64,000 nt of DNA from Eledone cirrhosa (lineage: Eukaryota), in assembly GCA_964016885.1 (NCBI GenBank), contig OZ024744.1, forward strand, positions 116,746,001 to 116,810,000, written 5' to 3'. Positions 46,301 to 57,530 of the stretch are shown piece after piece (position 1 is the stretch's first letter; each line of letters opens with the position of its first letter). The notes under the pieces are model-generated. The model ran no database searches, was not told the origin of the DNA, and was given only the letters and a program-made list of their open reading frames with translations. The position numbers and the translations under genes are program-made.

Positions 46301-49300
46301 ATGTGAGATAATGACAATGTGAGATAATGACAATGTGAGATAATGACAGTGTGAGATAATGACCAATGTGAGATAATGACCAATGTGAGATAATGACCAA
46401 CGTGAGATAATGACAATGTGAGATAATGACCAATGTGAGATAATGACAATGTGAGATAATGACCAAAGTGAGATAATGACCAATGTGAGATAATGACCAA
46501 TGTGATATAATGACAATGTGAGATAATAACCAATGTGAGATAATGACCAATGTGAGATAATGACAATGTGAGATAATGACCAATGTGAGATAATGACCAA
46601 AGTGAGATAATGACCAAAGTGAGATAATGACCAATGTGAGATAATGACCAATGTGATATAATGACAATGTGAGATAATGACCAACGTGAGATAATGACAA
46701 TGTGAGATAATGACAATGTGAGATAATGACAATGTGAGATAATGACAATGTGAGATAATGACCAAAGTGAGATAATGACAATGTGAGATAATGACCAATG
46801 TGAGATAATGACAATGTGAGATAATGACAATGTGAGATAATGACAATGTGAGATAATGACAATGTGAGATAATGACAATGTGAGATAATGACCAAAGTGA
46901 GATAATGACAATGTGAGATAATGACCAATGTGAGATAATGACAATGTGAGATAATGACAAAGTGAGATAATGACAATGTGAGATAATGACAATGTGAGAT
47001 AATGACAATGTGAGATAATGACCAAAGTGAGATAATGACCAAAGTGAGATAATGACCAATGTGAGATAATGACCAATGTGAGATAATGACAATGTGAGAT
47101 AATGACAATGTGATATAATGACAACGTGAGATAATGACCAATGTGAGATAATGACAATGTGAGATAATGACAATGTGAGATAATGACAATGTGAGATAAT
47201 GACCAAAGTGAGATAAAGACCAAAGTGAGATAATGACCAATGTGAGATAATGACCAATGTGAGATAATGACAATGTGAGATAATGACAATGTGATATAAT
47301 GACAATGTGAGATAATGACCAATGTGAGATAATGACAATGTGAGATAATGACAATGTGAGATAATGACAATGTGAGATAATGACAATGTGAGATAATGAC
47401 AATGTGAGATAATGACCAAAGTGAGATAATGACAATGTGAGATAATGACCAACGTGAGATAATGACAATGTGAGATAATGACAAAGTGAGATAATGACAA
47501 GGTGAGATAATGACCAATGTGAGATAATGACCAATGTGAGATAATGACAATGTGAGATAATGACCAATGTGAGATAATGACCAATGTGAGATAATGACCA
47601 ATGTGAGATAATGACCAATGTGAGATAATGACAATGTGAGATAATGACAATGTGAGATAATGACAATGTGAGATAATGACCAATGTGAGATAATGACCAA
47701 TGTGAGATAATGACCAATGTGAGATAATGACAAAGTGAGATAATGACAAGGTGAGATAATGACCAATGTGAGATAATGACAATGTGAGATAATGACAATG
47801 TGAGATAATGACAAGGTGAGATAATGACAATGTGAGATAATGACAAAGTGAGATAATGACAAGGTGAGATAATGACCAATGTGAGATAATGACCAATGTG
47901 AGATAATGACCAATGTGAGATAATGACAATGTGAGATAATGACCAATGTGAGATAATGACCAATGTGAGATAATGACAATGTGAGATAATGACCAATGTG
48001 AGATAATGACAAAGGGAGATAATGACAAGGTGAGATAATGACCAATGTGAGATAATGACAATGTGAGATAATGACAATGTGAAATAATGACAATGTGAGA
48101 TAATGACAAATGTGAGATAATGACAATGTGAGATAATGACAATGTGAGATAATGACCAATGTGAGATAATGACAATGTGACATAATGACCAATGTGAGAT
48201 AATTACAACGTGAGATAATGACAATGTGAGATAATGACCAATGTGAGATAATGACCAATGTGAGATAATGACAATGTGAGATAATGACCAATGTGAGATA
48301 ATGACAATGTGAGATAATGACCAATGTGAGATAATGACCAATGTGAGATAATGACCAACATGAGATAATGACAATGTGAGATAATGACCAATGTGAGATA
48401 ATGACCAATGTGAGATAATGACCAATGTGAGATAATGACCAATGGGAGATAATGACCAACGTGAGATAATGACAACGTGAGATAATGACAATGTGAGATA
48501 ATGACCAATGTGAGATAATGACAATGTGAGATAATGACCAATGTGAGATAATGACCAATGTGAGATAATGACCAATGTGAGATAATGACCGATGTGAGAT
48601 AATGACCAATGTGAGATAATGACCAATGTGAGATAATGACCAATGGGAGATAATGACCAACGTGAGATAATGACAATGTGAGATAATGACAATGTGAGAT
48701 AATGACAATGTGAGATAATGACAATGTGATATAATGACCAACGTGAGATAATGACAATGTGAGATAATGACCAATGTGAGATAATGACAATGTGAGAGAA
48801 TGACCAATGTGAGATAATGACAATGTGAGATAATGACCAATGTGATATAATGACAATGTGAGATAATGACAATGTGAGATAATGACAATGTGAGACAATG
48901 ACCAATGTGAGATAATGACCAACGGGAGATAATGACAATGTGAGATAATGACCAATGTGAGATAATGACAATGTGAGATAATGACCAATGTGAGATAATG
49001 ACAATGTGAGATAATGACCAATGTGAGATAATGACAAAGTGAGATAATGACCAATGTGAGATAATGACCAATGTGAGATAATGACCAATGTGAGATAATG
49101 ACAATGTGAGATAATGACAATGTGAGATAATGACCAATGTGAGATAATGACAACGTGAGATAATGACAATGTGAGATAATGACCAATGTGAGATAATGAC
49201 AATGTGAGATAATGACCAATGTGAGATAATGACCAATGTGAGATAATGACAATGTGAGATAATGACCAATGTGAGGTAATGACAAAGTGAGATAATGACA

Positions 49301-52300
49301 ACGTGAGATAATGACAATGTGAGATAATGACCAATATGAGATAATGACAATGTGAGATAATGACCAATGTGAGATAATGACCAATGTGAGATAATGACAA
49401 TGTGAGATAATGACCAATGTGAGATAATGACAATGTCAGATAATGACCAAAGTGAGATAATGACCAATGTGAGATAATGACAATGTGAGATAATGACAAT
49501 GTGAGATAATGACAATGTCAGATAATGACCAAAGTGAGATAATGACAATGTGAGATAATGACCAATGTGAGATAATGACAATGTCAGATAATGACCAATG
49601 TGAGATAATGACAATGTCAGATAATGACCAAAGTGAGATAATGACCAATGTGAGATAATGACAATGTGAGATAATGACCAAAGTGAGATAATGACAATGT
49701 GAGATAATGACCAATGTGAGATAATGACAATGTCAGATAATGACCAAAGTGAGATAATGACCAATGTGAGATAATGACAATGTGAGATAATGACCAATGT
49801 GAGATAATGACAATGTCAGATAATGACCAAAGTGAGATAATGACAATGTGAGATAATGACAATGTGAGATAATGACAATGTGAGATAATGACCAATATGA
49901 GATAATGACCAATGTGATATAATGACCTATGTGAGATAATGACAATGTGAGATAATGACCAATGTGAGATAATGACAATGTGAGATAATGACCAAAGTGA
50001 GATAATGACAATGTGAGATAATGACAATGTGAGATAATGACAATGTGAGATAATGACAATGTGAGATAATGACAATGTGAGATAATGACCAAAGTGAGAT
50101 AATGACAATGTGAGATAATGACCAACGTGAGATAATGACAATGTGAGATAATGACAAAGTGAGATAATGACAAGGTGAGATAATGACCAATGTGAGATAA
50201 TGACCAATGTGAGATAATGACAATGTGAGATAATGACCAATGTGAGATAATGACCAATGTGAGATAATGACCAATGTGAGATAATGACCAATGTGAGATA
50301 ATGACAATGTGAGATAATGACAATGTGAGATAATGACAATGTGAGATAATGACCAATGTGAGATAATGACCAATGTGAGATAATGACCAATGTGAGATAA
50401 TGACAAAGTGAGATAATGACAAGGTGAGATAATGACCAATGTGAGATAATGACAATGTGAGATAATGACAATGTGAGATAATGACAAGGTGAGATAATGA
50501 CAATGTGAGATAATGACAAAGTGAGATAATGACAAGGTGAGATAATGACCAATGTGAGATAATGACCAATGTGAGATAATGACCAATGTGAGATAATGAC
50601 AATGTGAGATAATGACCAATGTGAGATAATGACCAATGGGAGATAATGACAATGTGAGATAATGACCAATGTGAGATAATGACAAAGGGAGATAATGACA
50701 AGGTGAGATAATGACCAATGTGAGATAATGACAATGTGAGATAATGACAATGTGAAATAATGACAATGTGAGATAATGACAAATGTGAGATAATGACAAT
50801 GTGAGATAATGACAATGTGAGATAATGACCAATGTGAGATAATGACAATGTGACATAATGACCAATGTGAGATAATTACAACGTGAGATAATGACAATGT
50901 GAGATAATGACCAATGTGAGATAATGACCAATGTGAGATAATGACAATGTGAGATAATGACCAATGTGAGATAATGACAATGTGAGATAATGACCAATGT
51001 GAGATAATGACCAATGTGAGATAATGACCAACATGAGATAATGACAATGTGAGATAATGACCAATGTGAGATAATGACCAATGTGAGATAATGACCAATG
51101 TGAGATAATGACCAATGGGAGATAATGACCAACGTGAGATAATGACAACGTGAGATAATGACAATGTGAGATAATGACCAATGTGAGATAATGACAATGT
51201 GAGATAATGACCAATGTGAGATAATGACCAATGTGAGATAATGACCAATGTGAGATAATGACCGATGTGAGATAATGACCAATGTGAGATAATGACCAAT
51301 GTGAGATAATGACCAATGGGAGATAATGACCAACGTGAGATAATGACAATGTGAGATAATGACAATGTGAGATAATGACAATGTGAGATAATGACAATGT
51401 GATATAATGACCAACGTGAGATAATGACAATGTGAGATAATGACCAATGTGAGATAATGACAATGTGAGAGAATGACCAATGTGAGATAATGACAATGTG
51501 AGATAATGACCAATGTGATATAATGACAATGTGAGATAATGACAATGTGAGATAATGACAATGTGAGACAATGACCAATGTGAGATAATGACCAACGGGA
51601 GATAATGACAATGTGAGATAATGACCAATGTGAGATAATGACAATGTGAGATAATGACCAATGTGAGATAATGACAATGTGAGATAATGACCAATGTGAG
51701 ATAATGACAAAGTGAGATAATGACCAATGTGAGATAATGACCAATGTGAGATAATGACCAATGTGAGATAATGACAATGTGAGATAATGACAATGTGAGA
51801 TAATGACCAATGTGAGATAATGACAACGTGAGATAATGACAATGTGAGATAATGACCAATGTGAGATAATGACAATGTGAGATAATGACCAATGTGAGAT
51901 AATGACCAATGTGAGATAATGACAATGTGAGATAATGACCAATGTGAGGTAATGACAAAGTGAGATAATGACAACGTGAGATAATGACAATGTGAGATAA
52001 TGACCAATATGAGATAATGACAATGTGAGATAATGACCAATGTGAGATAATGACCAATGTGAGATAATGACAATGTGAGATAATGACCAATGTGAGATAA
52101 TGACAATGTCAGATAATGACCAAAGTGAGATAATGACCAATGTGAGATAATGACAATGTGAGATAATGACAATGTGAGATAATGACAATGTCAGATAATG
52201 ACCAAAGTGAGATAATGACAATGTGAGATAATGACCAATGTGAGATAATGACAATGTCAGATAATGACCAATGTGAGATAATGACAATGTCAGATAATGA

Positions 52301-54323
52301 CCAAAGTGAGATAATGACCAATGTGAGATAATGACAATGTGAGATAATGACCAAAGTGAGATAATGACAATGTGAGATAATGACCAATGTGAGATAATGA
52401 CAATGTCAGATAATGACCAAAGTGAGATAATGACCAATGTGAGATAATGACAATGTGAGATAATGACCAATGTGAGATAATGACAATGTCAGATAATGAC
52501 CAAAGTGAGATAATGACAATGTGAGATAATGACAATGTGAGATAATGACAATGTGAGATAATGACCAATATGAGATAATGACCAATGTGATATAATGACC
52601 TATGTGAGATAATGACAATGTGAGATAATGACCAATGTGAGATAATGACAATGTGAGATAATGACCAAAGTGAGATAATGACAATGTGAGATAATGACCA
52701 ATGTGAGATAATGACAATGTCAGATAATGACCAAAGTGAGATAATGACCAATGTGAGATAATGACAATGTGAGATAATGACCAATGTGAGATAATGACAA
52801 TGTCAGATAATGACCAAAGTGAGATAATGACAATGTGAGATAATGACAATGTGAGATAATGACAATGTGAGATAATGACCAATATGAGATAATGACCAAT
52901 GTGAGATAATGACCAATGTGAGATAATGACAATGTGAGATAATGACCAATGTGAGATAATGACCAATGTGAGATAATGACCAATGTGAGATAATGACAAT
53001 GTGAGATAATGACCAATGTGAGATAATGACAATGTGAGATAATGACCAATGTGAGATAATGACAATGTGAGATAATGACCAATGTGAGATAATGACAATG
53101 TGAGATAATGACCAATGTGAGGTAATGACGATGTGAGATAATGACAATGTGAGATAATGACCAATGTGAGATAATGACAATGTGATATAATGACCAATGT
53201 GAGATAATGACAATGTGAGATAATGACAATGTGAGATAATGACCAATGTGAGATAATGACCAATGTGAGATAATGACAATGTGATATAATGACCAATGTG
53301 AGATAATGACAATGTGAGATAATGACAATGTGATATAATGACCAATGTGAGATAATGACCAATGTGAGATAATGACAATGTGATATAATGACAATGTGAG
53401 ATAATGACCAATGTGAGATAATGACCAACGTGAGATAATGACCAATGTGAGATAATGACAATGTGAGATAATGACCAACGTGAGATAATGACCAATGTGA
53501 GATAATGACAATGTGAGATAATGACCAATGTGAGATAATGACAATGTGAGATAATGACCAATGTGAGATAATGACCAATGTGAGATAATGACCAACGTGA
53601 GATAATGACCAACGTGAGATAATGACCAATGTGAGATAATGACCAATGTGAGATAATGACCAATGTGAGATAATGACAATGTGAGATAATGACAATGTGA
53701 GATAATGACAATGTGAGATAATTACAATGTGAGATAATGACCAATGTGAGATAATGACAATGTGAGATAATTACAATGTGAGATAATGACCAACGTGAGA
53801 TAATGACAATGTGAGATAATGACAATGTGAGATAATGACAATGTGAGATAATGACAATGTGAGATAATGACTAATGTGAGATCATGACCAATGTGAGATA
53901 ATGACCAATGTGAGATAATGACAATGTGAGATAATTACAATGTGAGATAATGACCAACGTGAGATAATGACAATGTGAGATAATGACAATGTGAGATAAT
54001 GACCAATGTGAGATAATGACAATGTGAGATAATGACAATGTGAGATAATGACAATGTGAGATAATGACAATGTGAGATAATGACTAATGTGAGATCATGA
54101 CCAATGTGAGATAATGACCAATGTGAGATAATGACAATGTGAGATAATGACAATGTGAGATAATGACCAATGTGAGATAATGACAATGTGAGATAATGAC
54201 AACGTGAGATAATGACAATGTGAGATAATGACCAATGTGAGATAATGACTAATGTGAGATCATGACCAATGTGAGATAATGACCAATGTGAGATAATGAC
54301 CAACGTGAGATAATGACCAATGT
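37307..54323. repeat. 16/17-bp tandem satellite, right arm
   Basis: Same unit and orientation as the left arm. Ends abruptly at ...GACCAATGT|CTTTCC. Confidence 0.99.
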
Positions 54324-54616
54324 CTTTCCATTGCTTATCGTATGTTAGGAATGAAACAATCTCTCTGATGTCAATCAACAGATTGACTGAGAATATATGA
54401 AGTAGAGGACATTATTTCATTTTCAAGGAACACAAGACAACTTCAGTGGTGCCATCATCATCATAAACATCATTTAACTTCTATCTTCCATGCTAGCATG
54501 GCTTAGACTGTTTTGACCCATTTAGAATCAAATTGGGTCAGATGACTCTCTCTCACTAATATAGAACTCTTTCTGACTGGTTTTCTACAGCTGGATACCC
54601 TTCCTAACACCAAACT

Positions 54617-55578
54617 CATTTACAGTGTGTACTGGGTGATTTTTGTTATGATACCTATATGACAACTTTACAGTGTGTACTGGGTACTTTTTGTCATGAC
54701 ACCTAAATGACCACTTTATATTGTGGACTGGGTACTTTTTGTTATGATACCTACATGACCACTTTACAGTGTGTACTGAGTACTTTTTGTTGTGACACCT
54801 ACATGACCACTTTACAGTGTGTATGGGGTACTTTTTGTTGTGACACCTACATGACCACAGTGTGTACTGGATACATTTTGTCATGATACCTACATGACCT
54901 CTTTACAGTGTGTACTGGGTACTTTTTGTTGTGACACCTACATGACCACTTTACAGTGTGCATTGGGTACTTTTTGTTGTGACACCTACAAGACCACTTT
55001 ACAGTGTGGACTGGGTACTTTTTGTTGTGGCACCTAATGACCACATTACAGTGTGTATAGGGTACTTTTGTCATGACACCTATATGACCACTTTACATTG
55101 TGGACTGGGTACTTTTTGTTGTGACACCTACATGACTACCTTACAGTGTGTACTGGGTACTTTTTGTTGTGACACCTACATGACCACTTTACAGTGTGTA
55201 CTGGGTACTTTTCGTTGTGATACCTACATGACCACTTTACAGTGTGTACTGGGTACTTTTTGTTGTGACACCTACATGACCACTTTACAGTGTGGACTGG
55301 GTACTTTTTGTTGTGACACCTACATGACCACTTTACAGTGTGTACTGGGTACTTTTTGTTGTGACAGCTACATGACCACATTACAGTTTGTACTGGGTAC
55401 TTTTTGTTGTGACACCTACATGACCGCTTTACAGTGTGTACTGGGTACTTTTTGTTGTGACACCTACATGACCACATTACAGTGTGTACTGGGTACTTTT
55501 TGTTGTGACACCTACATGACCACTTTACAGTGTGTACTGGGTACTTTTTGTTGTGACACCTACATGACCACTTTACAG
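54617..55578. repeat. 48-bp minisatellite (~20 copies) amplified from the RTE 3'UTR
   Basis: Unit CCACTTTACAGTGTGTACTGGGTACTTTTTGTTGTGACACCTACATGA. It matches the single-copy CCACATTTACAGCGTGGACTGTGTGTTTTTTGTCGTGACACCTACACGA at ~33755-33803 and is flanked on both sides by 3'UTR sequence. Confidence 0.95.
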
Positions 55579-55698
55579 GGTGTTTTGTGGAAGCAACATA
55601 ACTTTACAGAGAAAGGGTGGTGTGTGTGTGGAAGTGGGAGGGAGGTGTAGGCGTAGTGGGTTGGGGTGTATATTTGGTTAGGAGGTGCCTACTGAGTG

Positions 55699-56519
55699 TT
55701 AGCTTAAGACCGTGCACAATGGAAGGCAGGCTTTCTGAAATACTACATAGTGCCAAAGGTCTTGATCGAGTGACATTGTCTTAGAGAGGTGTAAGTGTGC
55801 AAGTTCAGTTTTTATCATGTTATCCCAGGTTTTTCTGGGTCTACCTACTTTGCAACTTCCATCAATTTTGATCACCCTGCACTTTTTTATACAGCTGTCA
55901 TCCTTCATGTGCAACATGTGACCATACAAATGCAATTTCCTCTCAAGTAAACAGCCTCTGATCCCTCTTATGCCTAATTTCTCACTTAGTTCATTTACAC
56001 TTTGCACACAATGCCCAGGTCTCACTACCATGAAATATCGCCGTTCATATACAAGCATCTTACAATTTGCCTTTCACTTTTAGAGAAAAACCCCTTGTGG
56101 CCAACAGCGGTAGAACCTCTCTGAACTTTTTCCATCCCGTTCTGACTCTGGCTACTGTACTTTCAGAGCACCCTCCACCACTATTGATTTTGTCACCCAG
56201 GCAACGGAAAGTGTCTACTATTTCTATAGAGCCATCTGGGCAATAGAAGGAGCTAGTATCCTGTGGGCACTTGCTACTTATTGCACCTGAGCATCGGCCA
56301 CATATAAAATCAACATTCTTAGATAGCTTACCTGTGATCCCACTACATCTTTTATGTACCCATAGTTTGCATTTGGGACATAGAATGGAGATTCTGTCTA
56401 CTCCTTTCCTACACACTGAGCATGGCCATTTCCCAGAGAGCACCTGTGTCCTATTTTCCTTTCTACATACTAGAACTTTAGTGTTAGACAAGTTAACTTT
56501 AAGGTCTTTTGATTCTAAG
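55699..56519 (-). pseudogene. Frameshifted RTE ORF C-terminal remnant including the PHD finger
   Basis: TKVLVCRKEN..GKWPCSVCRKGVDRISILCPKCKLWVHKRCSG..CGRC..ARVRTGWKKFRE and ..YGHMLH..GRPRKTWD. Contains a stop, a frameshift and a 77-bp deletion. Confidence 0.93.
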
Positions 56520-56896
56520 TGCTACAGTAAAATACATCCAGTACACTCTGTAAAGTGGAAGGGCACCTAAATAGGGTAGGAAATGGCAACCTTCACAGGA
56601 TCCACTCTGTATAGAATCCATTCCAACAGGTACCATTTCTCAATATATGCTTGATAATCTAACTATAGAAAGTAGTATTATCTCTTAACATCCTGTAATG
56701 ATTTAGCAGAAAATATCTAAAAACATGTTTGTTAATTCAAATATTTATAGTATCTTTACTAGTGGACAGATTGTTGTGAAAATTTGTAGTAAACTAAAGT
56801 TGAGACTTAAATATTCAATGTGGTGAGTCATAACAATGTTTTATACTTGCTAATGTGGTTTGTTAATTAAGATATTTATAATTAAGATATTTATAT

Positions 56897-57040
56897 CGAG
56901 GCACATGGCTTGGTGGTTAGAGCATTGGGCTTGCATTCGAAATGTTGTGAGTTCAATTCTCAGACTGGGTGGTGTATTGTTTCCTTGAGCAAAACACTTT
57001 ATTTTCACATTGCTCCAGTTTACTCAGCTGTAGAAATGAG
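56897..57040 (+). mobile_element. tRNA-derived SINE head plus CORE-like domain
   Basis: Pol III A-box-like TGGCTTGGTGG (56906-56916) and B-box-like GAGTTCAATTC (56949-56959). Then TCCTTGAGCAAAACACTTTATTTTCACATTGCTCCAGT, which resembles the CORE-SINE domain and is the reverse complement of the 45-bp array unit. Confidence 0.75.
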
Positions 57041-57067
57041 ATGATAGAACTGGGGTCCCTATCATTC

Positions 57068-57289
57068 CACTGCAAAGTGGTTGTGGGGGTGCCACGGCAA
57101 AAAAAGCACCCAGCCCACACTGTAAAGTGGACGTGTAGGCACCATGGAAAAAAAGAACCCAGCACTCACTGTAAATGAGGTTGGTGTTAGGAAGGGCATC
57201 CAGCTGTAGTAATCAAGCCAGAATCAGTTCCCATCCCACCCTTGCAAGCAGGAAAAAGCAGACGTAAAATGATGATTATGATGATGATA
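57068..57289 (+). mobile_element. RTE 3'UTR and (TGA)n tail, plus orientation
   Basis: CACACTGTAAAGTGG..GGTTGGTGTTAGGAAGGGCATCCAGCTGTAG..ATGATGATTATGATGATGAT is the reverse complement of the intact element's 3'UTR and tail. Confidence 0.88.
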
Positions 57290-57530
57290 GTAAACTAGAG
57301 TAAGATGACATCATCATGTTACTATTTGATACATTTCAAGAATGTCATATTATGTGGTGCAGGAAGTTAAGAGTTAAGAAAGTGTCAGATTGATATGGAA
57401 GATAAAAAATATACTTATAAATATGTTATTTACATAAAATAGCAATGTTCTGACTTCAACTTGTTATTTTGTAATTGTGTGGTTAAAAATTTACATCATT
57501 ACTATCAAGGAGAAATCTTTTCCTGTCATA

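Larger units (their letters stand above)
54453..56519 (-). mobile_element. 5'-truncated, decayed copy of a closely related RTE family
   Basis: Degenerate (CAT)n tail at 54453. 3'UTR motif TTTCTACAGCTGGATACCCTTCCTAACACCAA is shared with the intact copy. ORF remnant is colinear with ~33945-34828 of the intact copy. Confidence 0.93.

Noticed and set aside
1-54323. CRISPR-like array
   Set aside because: Units are directly head-to-tail with no unique spacers, there are no cas genes, and the context is eukaryotic. The same applies to the 45-, 47- and 48-bp arrays.
1-54323. Telomerase-made telomeric repeat
   Set aside because: Not G-rich or TTAGGG-like. Rare variants are propagated in kb-scale blocks, which indicates DNA-level duplication rather than fresh templated synthesis.
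361-54378. Dozens of long minus-strand ORFs (up to 2077 aa) of SLSHIVIISHCHYLTL/IGHYLTLVIISHW type
   Set aside because: The reverse complement of the unit simply lacks stop codons in all three frames. Unit lengths of 16/17 constantly rotate the frame, and stops arise at random variants. There is no frame preference or unique domain.
54370-54387. Perfect 7-bp hairpin GTCAATC-AACA-GATTGAC just past the array end
   Set aside because: A single short stem is expected by chance and has no supporting context.
54585-55650. Cys/His-rich repeat proteins (WSCRCHNKKYPVHTVK; MTTLQCVLGTFCCDTY)
   Set aside because: Translations of the 48-bp minisatellite. Several units have frame-breaking indels.
56866-56895. 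15-bp direct duplication ATTAAGATATTTATA x2 before the SINE
   Set aside because: The copies are adjacent rather than flanking, so it is not a TSD. Ordinary AT-rich slippage.
56897-56970. tRNA gene
   Set aside because: A and B boxes are present but there is no convincing cloverleaf, and it continues into the SINE core.
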